From: Candidatus Fermentibacterota bacterium
GTDB taxonomy: Bacteria; Fermentibacterota; Fermentibacteria; Fermentibacterales; JCC-6
DNA: 64,000 nucleotides
NCBI GenBank assembly: GCA_963845085.1
Contig: CAWJQI010000004.1
Span: forward strand, 160,001-224,000
Direction of reading: 5' to 3'
Shown here: positions 48,440 through 58,585 of the stretch, piece after piece
How positions within the stretch are numbered: the stretch's first letter is position 1
Layout of the letters: every line of letters begins with the position of its first letter
Program-made: the position numbers and the translations under genes
Notes under the pieces: generated by a model
What the model was told of the DNA's origin: nothing
What the model saw: the letters and a program-made list of their open reading frames with translations, nothing else
Databases searched by the model: none

Positions 48440-49794
48440 CAGTAGTAGCCCTCGTCCTGATGGGCCGGATCGAACCTTGTCGTGGCCGTGGTGAAGACGA
48501 GCCTCACCTTCCCCCTCGGGCCGTTCCTCTGCTTGGCCACCAGAAGGTCGATGTTCCTGTATCTGTCGGAAGTGCCGTCGGAATCGGTCTGGCCGGTATC
48601 GGCCCTCTCGTCGTGAAGGAACATTACAAGGTCGGCGTCCTGCTCGATGGCTCCGCTGTCACGCAGATCGCTGAGCCGCGGAGGTCCCTCGCGCTTCGTG
48701 GCGTTCCGGCTGAACTGCGACAGCGTGATCACCGGAACGTGGATTTCCTTTGCAAGGGCCTTGAGCGCTCCCGAGTTCATTGCGACCTTCAACTGGTGGC
48801 TTTCGAGGTCGTCGGCCCCCTTCATGAGCTGAAGGTAGTCCACGAAGACCGCGGCAACCTTGTCCTTCCTGTGGAGCCGTCTGACCTTTGCCCGGAGTTC
48901 GGCGGATGTGAGCTCGGTCTTTTCGTTGATGGCTATCGGAAGGTCGGCAAGACGCCTCGCCGTCTGCTCGAGTTCAAGCCAGTTCTCGGGCCGAAGCGTC
49001 CCCTCGATGATGGGCTGCGTTCCAATGCCGCTCATCATGCTTATGAGCCTGCGGACCAGCATCTCGTCGGACATTTCAAGGCTGAAAAAGGCGACACATC
49101 CCTTTCCCTGCTCGGCTATGTGCCTGGCCATGTTGAGCGCGAGGCTGGTTTTCCCAACGCCGGGTCTTGCGGCGAGTATGATGAGCTCACCGGGGTGGAA
49201 GCCTGTCGTAAGCCTGTCCAACGGTTCAAGGCCTGTGGAGAGGCCCGTGACACCACCCTGTGACTCGCTCATCCGCCTCAGTGACTCAAGGGCTGCGGGG
49301 GCGATGTCGCCGGCTCGGCGGAAATCCTGCTCGGTCATGTTGCCGGCAATTCCGAAAATCCTCTGTTCAGCCTGGTCAAGCAGGTCAGTCGAGCTTCCGT
49401 CACCGGACATCACCCTGCGCACGGTTTCATTGGAAATACGCACAAGCTGCCGTAGCTGCGATTTCTCCCTGACGATGGATGCATAGGTGAGAACATTGGC
49501 CATGTAGGCCACGTCATTCGTAAGATCGGTTATGTAATCGACCCCCCCGCTGTCGGAGAAGCCTCCCCTGTTCTGAAACTCGGTTATTGCGGTGACCAGG
49601 TCAACAGGTTCGCCGCGGTCGTAAAGAGTTCTCAGGGTTGAAAATACATTCCTGTTCCTTGGATCGAGGAAATCCTCCTCCACAAGGATGCCGAAAACCT
49701 CAACCGCGATGTCGGGGTCAAGAAGGATCCCGCCCAGAACCCCCCTCTCGGCCTCGGGGCTGCTCGGCAGCCGGTTTTCAACTACCGGCGGCAT
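48439..49794 (-). CDS. dnaB: Replicative DNA helicase
   Basis: ARPGVGKT, FSLEM, DYLQL, DLRDSGAIEQDAD, KQRNGP; no intein. Confidence 0.97.
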   Translation of the reverse strand: MPPVVENRLPSSPEAERGVLGGILLDPDIAVEVFGILVEEDFLDPRNRNVFSTLRTLYDRGEPVDLVTAITEFQNRGGFSDSGGVDYITDLTNDVAYMANVLTYASIVREKSQLRQLVRISNETVRRVMSGDGSSTDLLDQAEQRIFGIAGNMTEQDFRRAGDIAPAALESLRRMSESQGGVTGLSTGLEPLDRLTTGFHPGELIILAARPGVGKTSLALNMARHIAEQGKGCVAFFSLEMSDEMLVRRLISMMSGIGTQPIIEGTLRPENWLELEQTARRLADLPIAINEKTELTSAELRAKVRRLHRKDKVAAVFVDYLQLMKGADDLESHQLKVAMNSGALKALAKEIHVPVITLSQFSRNATKREGPPRLSDLRDSGAIEQDADLVMFLHDERADTGQTDSDGTSDRYRNIDLLVAKQRNGPRGKVRLVFTTATTRFDPAHQDEGYY

Positions 49795-50473
49795 CCCTGG
49801 GCAGACCTTTCTCCTTCATGAGTGCAAGCAGTTTCTTCATGTCCTCCCATACGGGTCTTTTCAGGGCCGGTGAACGCAGCAGCGCGGCCGGGTGATATGT
49901 GACCATGACAAGTGCCTCACCGAAGTGATGTACCTCTCCCCTGAGTGCTCCGATGCCCCTGCGGGTTCCGAGAAGCGCAGCGGCCGCGCTGGCTCCCAGA
50001 GCGACGATGATCCCGGGCCTCATCAGTTCGATCTGCCGCTCCAGAATCGGAAAGCATGCCTCCACCTCGTCCGGCGCCGGGGTCCTGTTTCCCGGCGGCC
50101 TGCACTTCACCACATTGGCAATGTATACCGAATTCCTGTCAAGGGAAATCGCCCCGAGTATCCGGTCCAGCAGTTCGCCCGCCCTGCCCACGAAGGGAAG
50201 GCCCTGTTCGTCTTCATTGGCTCCGGGACCTTCGCCGACAAGAAGAATTCCGGACGAAGGGTTGCCATCGCCGAACACGAGCTTGTTCCTGCCTTCCGAG
50301 AGCCTGCATCGCACGCATCCCGAAACCTCCTCCCCCAGGGCTTCAAGGGTGGCGGGAAAACCCGGTGCCGACACCGGGGCGGATGAAACGTCCGCGTTGC
50401 CACGGGACAGCGTCGGAAGCGCGACCTCATTGACGCCAAAGCTTCTGACGGCGCTGATGACCGGATCGATCAA
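49778..50473 (-). CDS. Uracil-DNA glycosylase, family 4
   Basis: CxxC, GEGPG, PFVGRAG, KCRPPGNR, YHPAALLR. Confidence 0.93.
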   Translation of the reverse strand: MIDPVISAVRSFGVNEVALPTLSRGNADVSSAPVSAPGFPATLEALGEEVSGCVRCRLSEGRNKLVFGDGNPSSGILLVGEGPGANEDEQGLPFVGRAGELLDRILGAISLDRNSVYIANVVKCRPPGNRTPAPDEVEACFPILERQIELMRPGIIVALGASAAAALLGTRRGIGALRGEVHHFGEALVMVTYHPAALLRSPALKRPVWEDMKKLLALMKEKGLPRDAAGS

Positions 50474-51711
50474 AGCCTCCCCCCGACGATTCCAGCTATC
50501 ACCATGGCAACGTACCTTTTCGAACCCGACGGCACGGAAACAGAATCTCCGTCGGCAAAAATAACCTCACCGCGATTGGTCTCGCTTTCCATTCCCTCGC
50601 CTGGAATGTCACCCCTGTTGAGGAAAACGGCGAATGACCCCTTTCGGATCATCTTCGCGAGCGCCCTTTCCCGGCTGTCAGGGCCGTACTCCAGAGAGAA
50701 GGAGAGCACGGGGCATGGTGCGTCGAGCGATTCGAGCAGATCGGGGGTGGGTTCCAGCTCGAGAAGTGTTGATCCCCCCCGCTGAATCTTGCCCGGCGCG
50801 GCGACCCTCGGGCGGAAATCGCTCACCGCCGCGGCCATTACCAAAAGGTCCGCCCCGCAGACGGCGCAACGCAGCTCGGCGAGCATCTCCTCCGCGGTCT
50901 CGACACGCCTCAATGGGACGGAGCCCGGCGGGGCATCGTACCGACAGGGGCCGCTGATAAAAGTCACCGAGGCGCCTGCGTCAAGAAAGGCATGAACCAT
51001 GGAAAGACCCATCAGTCCGCTCGAGCGGTTGGATATGAAGCGGACGGAATCCATCCCCTCACGGGTGGGACCGGAACAAACCACAACCCTGCGCCCTTTC
51101 CAGGCTGAGAGCCCGGCCGCAAGCCCGGGGTGGTAGGGAAAGGCCTCGGCCGGCCAGGACGAAGCCTGGAGCCTCATCCGCTCAGCTCGGTAGATGGAAC
51201 AGATCCGGTTCCGGGCCGAATCGAGGTCATCGTTGGCAATGAAGTAGTCGAACGCCCCGAGCATGGCCACCTCGGCCGCTGCTGCACAAAGCCTTTTCCT
51301 TACCGTTTCCCCGCTGTCGGTCGCCCTCTCGGAAAGCCGTCTGGAGAGCGCGTTCTGGTCCGGCGGAAGAACGAAGACAAGCACTGCTGACGGCACCGAC
51401 CTTTTTATCTGGAGGGCTCCCTGAACATCGATGTCGAGTATGACCGAAGCGCCGCCTGCCAGGGTGCAGCCCACCCATCCGCCATCTGTTCCGTAGCGGT
51501 TCCCGTGCACTTCGGCCCATTCCAGAAAGCGGCCGGAGGCGATCATTTCGGAGAATTCGTCGGGCGTGACAAAGTGGTAGTCAACCCCGTCGCGCTCATT
51601 GCCGCGCGGCTGCCTGGTGGTGGCGGACACTGAAAAAACAGCCTCCGGGAACACTTCGACCAGGTGCCGGGCAAGGGTAGTCTTGCCTGCGCCCGAGGGA
51701 CCCGAGATCAC
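50470..51711 (-). CDS. gmk: Guanylate kinase fused to a phosphopantothenate-cysteine ligase (CoaB) domain
   Basis: GPSGAGKT, SATTR, DGVDYHF, DIDVQG; then SGPTRE, VRFISNRSSG, AAAVSDF. Confidence 0.9.
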   Translation of the reverse strand: MISGPSGAGKTTLARHLVEVFPEAVFSVSATTRQPRGNERDGVDYHFVTPDEFSEMIASGRFLEWAEVHGNRYGTDGGWVGCTLAGGASVILDIDVQGALQIKRSVPSAVLVFVLPPDQNALSRRLSERATDSGETVRKRLCAAAAEVAMLGAFDYFIANDDLDSARNRICSIYRAERMRLQASSWPAEAFPYHPGLAAGLSAWKGRRVVVCSGPTREGMDSVRFISNRSSGLMGLSMVHAFLDAGASVTFISGPCRYDAPPGSVPLRRVETAEEMLAELRCAVCGADLLVMAAAVSDFRPRVAAPGKIQRGGSTLLELEPTPDLLESLDAPCPVLSFSLEYGPDSRERALAKMIRKGSFAVFLNRGDIPGEGMESETNRGEVIFADGDSVSVPSGSKRYVAMVIAGIVGGRL

Positions 51712-51725
51712 TACAAGAAGGCCCG

Positions 51726-52595
51726 CTACTGGACATTGGCGGCCTGTTCCTTCATTCCTCCGACCAGCTCCTTCATCCTGATCACGCCAAGCACTGCCTC
51801 GGGATCGGTCACCTTGGCGCCCATGGTGTTGAGCTCCCTGTGCATCTCCTGGATGAGAAAACCGAGCTTCATGCCGCAGGAGGAGTCGCCGAGTATGCCG
51901 ATGGTTTCACGGACATGGTGAAGCAGCCTCTGGCATTCCTCGGAAATGTCCAGTCTGTCGGCCATGACCGCTATCTCCTGAACCAGCCTCGCCTCATCGA
52001 GCACCGCATCTCCGAGAAGCTCCTGAACCCGCTTCCTGTTCCTCTCGAACGTGGACCTGACCCTCTCGCCATGCGTCGCAGAGATTGGTTCCACCTGTTC
52101 TGCAACTGCGGCAAGGCTTTCCCTGAACACCGCTGAAAGTCCTTCGCCCTCACGGCGCCTGGAGTCCAGAAGCCCCTCGAGGGCTTTTCGGATCACTCCG
52201 TCCATCACGCCGGCAAAATCACCGCTGCGGGTCGGGTCGGGTATCCTGAGAACCCCCGGCATTGAGACAAGGTCACCCGCGGTGATGCCCGCCTCAAGAC
52301 GGAATACGTCCCGAAGCTCCTCGACGGCCCTGACGTACGCGCCGGCCTTCTCGAGATCGGCCTCGGGCGCAGTCCCTGAGCCCTCTTCCGGGTCGACCGA
52401 TACTGTCAGTTCGATCCGTCCCCGATGAAACATCCCGCGCGCAAGCTCGTGGGCTTCCTGCTCGAGTGAGGCCGCCTCGCGGGGAAATCTGAGGTGAATG
52501 CTCAACCCCCGGTGGTTCACCGAACGGGCCGTCGCAGTAACAAGAAAGCTGTCGAGGCGCGCCGAAGCGCTGCCGAAACCGGTCATGGATTCCAT
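51726..52595 (-). CDS. yicC: YicC/YloC family endoribonuclease
   Basis: SMTGFG, SVNHR, DISEE, KLGFLIQEMHRELNTMGAK, KEQAANVQ. Confidence 0.93.
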   Translation of the reverse strand: MESMTGFGSASARLDSFLVTATARSVNHRGLSIHLRFPREAASLEQEAHELARGMFHRGRIELTVSVDPEEGSGTAPEADLEKAGAYVRAVEELRDVFRLEAGITAGDLVSMPGVLRIPDPTRSGDFAGVMDGVIRKALEGLLDSRRREGEGLSAVFRESLAAVAEQVEPISATHGERVRSTFERNRKRVQELLGDAVLDEARLVQEIAVMADRLDISEECQRLLHHVRETIGILGDSSCGMKLGFLIQEMHRELNTMGAKVTDPEAVLGVIRMKELVGGMKEQAANVQ

Positions 52596-52681
52596 CTTCA
52601 TCTCCAGACGAAAGGGCGCCTTTGAAGCGTACTTATTATTTTCGCCCTCATGGCCGTCAACCCGAAGGGAAAGAAGAGCCC

Positions 52682-54166
52682 ATGGAAGGCATTCATCTGC
52701 ACGGACTTCTGCCCGAAATCCAGGCACGGGTCACCGGCCTTGTCTGCAGGGGTGTCTTCATGGAGCATGAGCGGGTGCTGTCGCTTGACCTTGGCGGCTT
52801 CATGCTCGTTCTCGACGGCCGTCCCGAGGCACCGGGGCTTTTTGTTTCCGGCAGCCGCCTTTGCGTTCCGTCCCGCAACCCTTCCTGGGAGCACCATCTC
52901 AAGGGCGCCACGCTGGTCGGCATCCACCAGGCGGGGCTGGACAGGGTTGTCATAATCGAATTCGAAAGGCATTCCGTGTACGACGGCGGTCCATGCCTGA
53001 TCCACTTCGAACTGACCGGCAGGAACGCGAACATCATTCTCTCGCGCAAACCGGACGGAAGGATCATCGCCTGCCTGAGACGCGTTGGCTCGCGGCAGAA
53101 TCGCTACAGAACGATATCACCCGGAATGGTCTATGTGCCGCCGCCCCCCTCCGGACTTCCCCCTGAACAGTGGCACGAGGCTAAAATCCCGCCGGACCCG
53201 GGGCCGGCCGACCTCTGCAGGGAGCTCGAGGGCATGGGTCCTCGCGCAGCGCGGACCATCCTCGCAAGGGCATCGGAGGTCGGCATTGATGTTGCCTCGC
53301 TTCTCAGTGATCTCGCCGCCGAACTCTCAAGCGGTGCGTTCCCGGACTGGCTCAGGGAACAACAGGAGCCCCGACGGGAAGTCGAGGCCCGGATCCCCGG
53401 CGCCGCGGAGCTCGAAGCAAGGCTTTCACGGGAGCGGAGGGAGCTCCTTAAGAAGCTCTCCGCATCCGAGGCCGCGCTGGGATCGGTTGAACAGCCCCAC
53501 ACCTTCCGGCTCTGGGGCAACCTGATACTGACCGGCAAAACAGGGCTTGCCCGCGGCATGGAAAAAGCCGAGCTCATCGACTACGAGGGAAACAGGCTTG
53601 TCATACCCTTGAAGAAAGCGCTCAACCCGGCTGAGAACGCCGCCCGGTACTTCAGAAAGGCTTCAGGGGTCCACACGGAGAGGGAGCGAATCGAAGGCAG
53701 GATCGTCGAGATCAATAAAAGGCTCGACGAGATCGGGAAACTGCTTAACAGCATCCCGGAACTGGCGCCGGAAAGGATAGGCGAGCTCCTGCGACGGCCC
53801 GGAAAGTCCGCCGCGCCAAGAAGGCCAAGGGAGTACATCCTCGACGGGGGCTGGCGCTGCCTTGCAGGAAGGAACGCCAGGGAGAATGAGGAGCTTACTT
53901 TCAGGACCGCGGCGAGGGAGGACTACTGGCTGCACGCGAGGGGTGCGGCGGGAAGCCACGTGATCCTCAGAAGGGACGGCAGACCCGGCAACCCCCCGGA
54001 GAAGGTCGTTCAGCAGGCGGCAGACATTGCAGCGCGGCACTCGGGGCAGAAGGGCATCATCCCTGTCGACTGCACACTGGTGAAGTACGTGCGAAGGGTG
54101 AAGGGCGCAGCACAGGGCTTCGTTACGTACACAAACGAGAAGACTCTGTTCGCAACGGTCGAATGA
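52682..54166 (+). CDS. rqcH: NFACT/FbpA family ribosome quality-control protein
   Basis: LDRVV, ELTGRNANIIL, ENAARYF, GRNAREN, WLHARGAAGSHV, VKYVRR. Confidence 0.88.
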   Translation: MEGIHLHGLLPEIQARVTGLVCRGVFMEHERVLSLDLGGFMLVLDGRPEAPGLFVSGSRLCVPSRNPSWEHHLKGATLVGIHQAGLDRVVIIEFERHSVYDGGPCLIHFELTGRNANIILSRKPDGRIIACLRRVGSRQNRYRTISPGMVYVPPPPSGLPPEQWHEAKIPPDPGPADLCRELEGMGPRAARTILARASEVGIDVASLLSDLAAELSSGAFPDWLREQQEPRREVEARIPGAAELEARLSRERRELLKKLSASEAALGSVEQPHTFRLWGNLILTGKTGLARGMEKAELIDYEGNRLVIPLKKALNPAENAARYFRKASGVHTERERIEGRIVEINKRLDEIGKLLNSIPELAPERIGELLRRPGKSAAPRRPREYILDGGWRCLAGRNARENEELTFRTAAREDYWLHARGAAGSHVILRRDGRPGNPPEKVVQQAADIAARHSGQKGIIPVDCTLVKYVRRVKGAAQGFVTYTNEKTLFATVE

Positions 54167-55019
54167 CGCGTTGTATCCTGTGAACCCCGTGCTTCGGGGC
54201 TTCACCGGCTTCCAGCCTTCGAACGATCTCCCCAACGGTCACGAAGCTGTACCCCGCCTCCCTGAGTATCCCGAATACCTGCGCAAGGAGATCGAGCCCG
54301 GCGTCACGGTTTCTCGAGTACCTCAGCCTGCTGGCGGAAGGCAGCCGGTTGTACAGGGCTGTGGGGACGAAGTCGTGCATGTGTGAATCGATGACGAGTA
54401 TGCCCGGAATTCCGAAACGGCTGAGCAGGAACCGGAATGCGCTCAATCCGAAGAACTTGAGATAACCGACCGAGAACACCAGCCTGACGCCATTGAAACA
54501 CCCGAGGGGAAGCTCCCAGATACCGCCGTCGCCCCTGGCGGGGTACAGCGACTTGTGAATGTTGCAGCACCGCCCGGGTCTGAACGTTGGAAACAATGAC
54601 GAATCGTACCGGTAGCCCAGTCCTGCGAGGGCAGGCAGACACGAGTCGGGCATGTATCCGTAGGGGGACCGGTAACCGGCGGGCGGCCGTCCGAAGAAGC
54701 CGTTGTACGCGTCCCTGACCTTCCGGGCTTCCTGCAACACATCATGACCGGGTGCGGGATGGCCGTAGGAATGGGCCTGGACCTCGGCGCCGATCCCCGC
54801 CATCCTCTCCGCCAGTTTCCCGTGGTTGTCAAGAAGGTCGCCGGTCATGAAAAGTGTTGCGGGAACGCGCCAGTTTTCCAGGACCGTCTGGAACGCCGCC
54901 AGCCTTTCCCCATCCTGAAGGGCGTTGTACACGGGCCCGAACATTCCGCCGTAATCCGGCTCGACGTCGACGCTGAAAGCGGCAAGCCCGCCCGAAGCTA
55001 TGCCCCCGGAATCACGCAC
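54123..55019 (-). CDS. Polysaccharide deacetylase family protein
   Basis: FSVDVE, ATLF, HSYGH, GYRSP, YDSS. Confidence 0.88.
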   Translation of the reverse strand: MRDSGGIASGGLAAFSVDVEPDYGGMFGPVYNALQDGERLAAFQTVLENWRVPATLFMTGDLLDNHGKLAERMAGIGAEVQAHSYGHPAPGHDVLQEARKVRDAYNGFFGRPPAGYRSPYGYMPDSCLPALAGLGYRYDSSLFPTFRPGRCCNIHKSLYPARGDGGIWELPLGCFNGVRLVFSVGYLKFFGLSAFRFLLSRFGIPGILVIDSHMHDFVPTALYNRLPSASRLRYSRNRDAGLDLLAQVFGILREAGYSFVTVGEIVRRLEAGEAPKHGVHRIQRVIRPLRTESSRLCT

Positions 55020-56218
55020 CGCAGCCCCTTTTCCCCGGCAAGCTCTGCGTAGAGCTCGAGATGTTGCCTGATCACGAACCCGATGTCGAATTCCGCCGGC
55101 AGCACTGCCCGGCGGGAAGCCACCGGACCGCCGGCTTCAAGACACTCGAGTACACGCTGCGAAAGTTTAACCAGAGCGCCGGCCTTCTCAATGAACAGGC
55201 CTTCCGTCCCTGGCAGAAGCTCCGATATTCCGCCGGCATCGGAACTCACAACGGGCACCCCGGCGCACAGGGCTTCGAGGACAACCCGGGGCAGTCCCTC
55301 CCATCGTGACGTCAGCAGAAAGGTGTCGAACATCCCGAGGAAAGGCCTGACATCATCAACCAGCCCGGTCAGGTGTATCCTGTCCCCAAGCCCCGTCCGC
55401 TCTATGGCACCCTCGAAATCCCGCCTCAGTTCGCCGTCCCCGACGACAATGACGTGCGCATCCTCCCTCTTCTTCAAAACCATTCCGCACACTTCGAGGA
55501 ATTCGAACGGAGCCTTTTTGGAGGTCAGCCCCATGACGGAACCCACTATGGGAGAACCTTCCGGAATGCCCATTCCGTGTCGCAGCCCGGGAACCGCAAT
55601 GCTGCTGCTCCGTGAGAATCGCGCGGTGTCGATCCCCGTCCTGATGACCCGGTACTGCTCCCTGGTGCCGACCCGGTACTCGAGACCCTCGTCGACAATG
55701 CTTCGGGAAACTGCGGCGATCCTGTCAGTGTGCCTTGCTTCCATCCTCTCGAGCAATGCGTAAAGGGATCGCTTCACGCGCGGCAGATCGTCCTTGAATG
55801 CCCATCCCCTTGCGCTGTGGACCACAATGGGCACGCCGGCCCATCGGGCGGCTAACCGCCCGAGCAGACCGGCCTTGGACATGTGGGTGTGCACCACATC
55901 AGGTTTAATGCGCACAAAAAGCGCCTTCATCTTCAGCAGGGCCACCGCATCCGGAAGGGGTCGGGCATCCCTGTGCATCTCCGGAACATCGGTTGAAGGT
56001 ACACCGGCCTCGCAAAGCATTGTCCGAAGGCGGGAACTCCGGATGGACTCCCGTCCCCCCCTGCCGGAAAAGACGACCCCCGCGTCGACACCCATCCTCC
56101 GCAATCCGCAGGCTATCATCGTGACGGATGTCTGGGCACCGCCCAGGTCGAGGTTTGTAAGGACATGAAGGACCTTCAGGGCACGCATCCTTTCAGTGCC
56201 TCCGCGATGTTGTGACAT
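54998..56218 (-). CDS. Glycosyltransferase family 4
   Basis: GGAQ, VHTHMSKAG, VGDG, SRWEGLPRVVLEA. Confidence 0.92.
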   Translation of the reverse strand: MSQHRGGTERMRALKVLHVLTNLDLGGAQTSVTMIACGLRRMGVDAGVVFSGRGGRESIRSSRLRTMLCEAGVPSTDVPEMHRDARPLPDAVALLKMKALFVRIKPDVVHTHMSKAGLLGRLAARWAGVPIVVHSARGWAFKDDLPRVKRSLYALLERMEARHTDRIAAVSRSIVDEGLEYRVGTREQYRVIRTGIDTARFSRSSSIAVPGLRHGMGIPEGSPIVGSVMGLTSKKAPFEFLEVCGMVLKKREDAHVIVVGDGELRRDFEGAIERTGLGDRIHLTGLVDDVRPFLGMFDTFLLTSRWEGLPRVVLEALCAGVPVVSSDAGGISELLPGTEGLFIEKAGALVKLSQRVLECLEAGGPVASRRAVLPAEFDIGFVIRQHLELYAELAGEKGLRCVIPGA

Positions 56219-57182
56219 CGCACTCCATTCTTCCCAGCGCTATCCCGGAAACAAGGAACGCGGCCGCGACGATGAAGAGAAGTACGGGCCTCGCCCTGAC
56301 GTCCACGACGGTAAGGAGCGCACCCGCCATGCAAAGCAGGGCACCGGCCGATGCGGCGACGTAAAGAACACCCCGTTTGGAGAGGCCGCGCTTCTGTAGA
56401 CGGAGGGCGAAATGATCCGGGCTGCCGCGATACCAGGGAATCCCTTTCCCGGTCCTGACGATGATGAGGAAAACAAGCTCAAAAAGGGGAACCCCCACGC
56501 ACATCATCGATCCGATGATGAGCGGCACACCGGGTCTGCTGCCGAGCGTTCCGAAGACCGGATCGAAGATCAGCACGGCGGCGAGGAACCCCAGAAGGTG
56601 ACTGCCCGCGTCACCCAGAAAGATCGATGCATCAGGCTTGTTGAAGACCAGAAAGCCAAGAACGACGGCAGCGGCCCCGAGCGCAAGGGACCTGTCCGCC
56701 CCGAGCCATGCAAGCCCGATGCATGCAATGATCAGGATGAGCGAAACAAGGCCGTCCGATACGTCGGTGAGGTTGAATGCGTTGAAGAGCACAACGGTTC
56801 CGACTACTGCAAGAACAGCGTTGGGGAGGGCGCTGTCGAACACCTGCGGAACCACGCCGGAGAGCACCGCCGCCAGAGCTGCAGCCAGCTGCAATCCCAG
56901 CTTCAGGGAGGGCGACAAAGGACGCAGGTCATCGATCAACCCGATGAGCATCGCAAGAAAAGCGCCCGTTATTATCCGCAGGGGAACGGCGACACCGGCG
57001 GCTAAAAATGCAAGGACAAGGGCAAGAAAGATTCCCGCGCCTCCGAGGTACGCCACCGGACGGGTGTGCTGGGGAACGATGGGGTTCGGATGGTTCACTA
57101 TTCCGTGCTTCAGCGCGAACCTGCGGACCATGAAGGTGCACGCGGCGCCGAAAAACACTCCAAGCGGAAGCAGCAGTGTCAA
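56193..57182 (-). CDS. Polyprenyl-phosphate N-acetylhexosamine-1-phosphate transferase (WecA/TagO, MraY-like)
   Basis: GLIDD, NAFNLTDVSDGL, FN.P.ASIFLGDAGS, PDH. Confidence 0.9.
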   Translation of the reverse strand: MTLLLPLGVFFGAACTFMVRRFALKHGIVNHPNPIVPQHTRPVAYLGGAGIFLALVLAFLAAGVAVPLRIITGAFLAMLIGLIDDLRPLSPSLKLGLQLAAALAAVLSGVVPQVFDSALPNAVLAVVGTVVLFNAFNLTDVSDGLVSLILIIACIGLAWLGADRSLALGAAAVVLGFLVFNKPDASIFLGDAGSHLLGFLAAVLIFDPVFGTLGSRPGVPLIIGSMMCVGVPLFELVFLIIVRTGKGIPWYRGSPDHFALRLQKRGLSKRGVLYVAASAGALLCMAGALLTVVDVRARPVLLFIVAAAFLVSGIALGRMECDVTTSRRH

Positions 57183-58585
57183 ATCAGTGACCTGCCGAGC
57201 GCGAGGCCGTCACGGATGACCTGGGCCATTGACGAGTACTCCCAGCGCCCGTAGCGCCCGACGGATTCAACACGGTTCGAACGCAGGTAGTCAAAGACCT
57301 CTTCAAGAATGCCTCCTGTTTCTGGCGTGAAGATGACGTATGCAGGATCTATCACCTTCATTCCACCCTCCAGCACCGTGTGGCCGGCGGAAAGAACACC
57401 GGTTTTGCCCAGATCGTGCAAAGCCCTTTCGCGAACGGATGCAAAGGGGCGGACCGGTCTGTCCGCCCGTTCCGGGATCTCCACGAGCAGGCTCTGCCCG
57501 CCACCCGGGCACATGTGCGGGTCGAACGACTTCATGTTTATCAAACGGGTGAAGCAGAGGTTCTCATCGGGGTAGTACCGCCAGTGTCCCCCGCCCCGGA
57601 ACTCCGGGCCTTTCACAGGAAGCATCAGCGAGTACACCCTGTTCCATGCCAGCCTTCCGGCGGATCGGGCTATCTCCGTCGGACAATTCCCGATCATGGA
57701 AACGAGTTGGGGAAGAGGAAGGGAGGACACCAGCCCTTTCCTGTACCTGACAACGCCACATCCGCCGCGTGCGGTTTTCACCGACACCGCCCTGCCGGCA
57801 AGGTCAACACCGGTCACGGTCGTGTCGCAGCGGATGTTTTGAACGTCTCCTGCGATCCTGCGCGACAGCCTCTCCATTCCCCTGGGAACCTCTTCAGAAG
57901 GGGGCACCGGGTACCAGCCCCTCTGGTTGTACGGCTTGAAACCCTCGCCCGGGGAAAGGGCGCCCCTGACCGCTTCCTCAAACCGAGGTACGGTCGTTGT
58001 CCAGGAAACACCGGGATCCAGGGATTCCAGAGGATGCTGCCACAGTTTCCTGTTGAAGGGGAACATGAACAAGTCGCACAGGGATTGCCCGAAGGTTCGG
58101 AGCAGCGCCTCGTGCAGGTTCTCCGGCCTCCGGGGGGCAGGTTTGTAACAGGCCTCGGCCAGGTCTCTGATGCATGCGACGGCGGCTTCCCTGTCGAGTG
58201 ATCCGAGGTTCATCTGGATTGGATAGCGGGTGATCCCCGCCGATGTTTCGACCCAGGCCTCGGGAGGACAGGAGACGAACTCCCCGTCCAGAAGCGACAT
58301 CAGTTCCGCTTCGGATTCACTGTCCTGAAAGTGCAGCAGGTGAAGCACATGGTCAAACCAGTGGCCTTCGATGCACTCCGATCTTGCAAGTCCGCCGGGC
58401 CTGCTCTCCCTCTCCAGCACGACGCAATTCCCGCCCAGGACCGAGGCTGTTGACAGACCTGCAAGCCCGCCGCCAAGAATTACGTAGTCGAATGTGTCAG
58501 GATCATGCGGCAGACCCGGGCAGGGCCCGCTTCCCTTGCCGCAGTACCCCCGGATTCCCGGCAGGACGGGCCGACCACCGGTCAC
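57179..58585 (-). CDS. FAD-dependent oxidoreductase (protoporphyrinogen oxidase / UDP-galactopyranose mutase-like)
   Basis: ILGGGLAGLS, LERESRPGGL, GRYGRWEYSSM; GTG start overlaps the HIT stop codon. Confidence 0.8.
   Translation of the reverse strand: MTGGRPVLPGIRGYCGKGSGPCPGLPHDPDTFDYVILGGGLAGLSTASVLGGNCVVLERESRPGGLARSECIEGHWFDHVLHLLHFQDSESEAELMSLLDGEFVSCPPEAWVETSAGITRYPIQMNLGSLDREAAVACIRDLAEACYKPAPRRPENLHEALLRTFGQSLCDLFMFPFNRKLWQHPLESLDPGVSWTTTVPRFEEAVRGALSPGEGFKPYNQRGWYPVPPSEEVPRGMERLSRRIAGDVQNIRCDTTVTGVDLAGRAVSVKTARGGCGVVRYRKGLVSSLPLPQLVSMIGNCPTEIARSAGRLAWNRVYSLMLPVKGPEFRGGGHWRYYPDENLCFTRLINMKSFDPHMCPGGGQSLLVEIPERADRPVRPFASVRERALHDLGKTGVLSAGHTVLEGGMKVIDPAYVIFTPETGGILEEVFDYLRSNRVESVGRYGRWEYSSMAQVIRDGLALGRSLI

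Noticed and set aside
48439..49794. Intein in DnaB
   Set aside because: Length of 451 aa and contiguous motifs leave no room for one.
54123..54166. Convergent 3' overlaps (rqcH/deacetylase; also cdd/PAS sensor at 60715..60756)
   Set aside because: Short tail overlaps are common in compact genomes; no sign of dual function.
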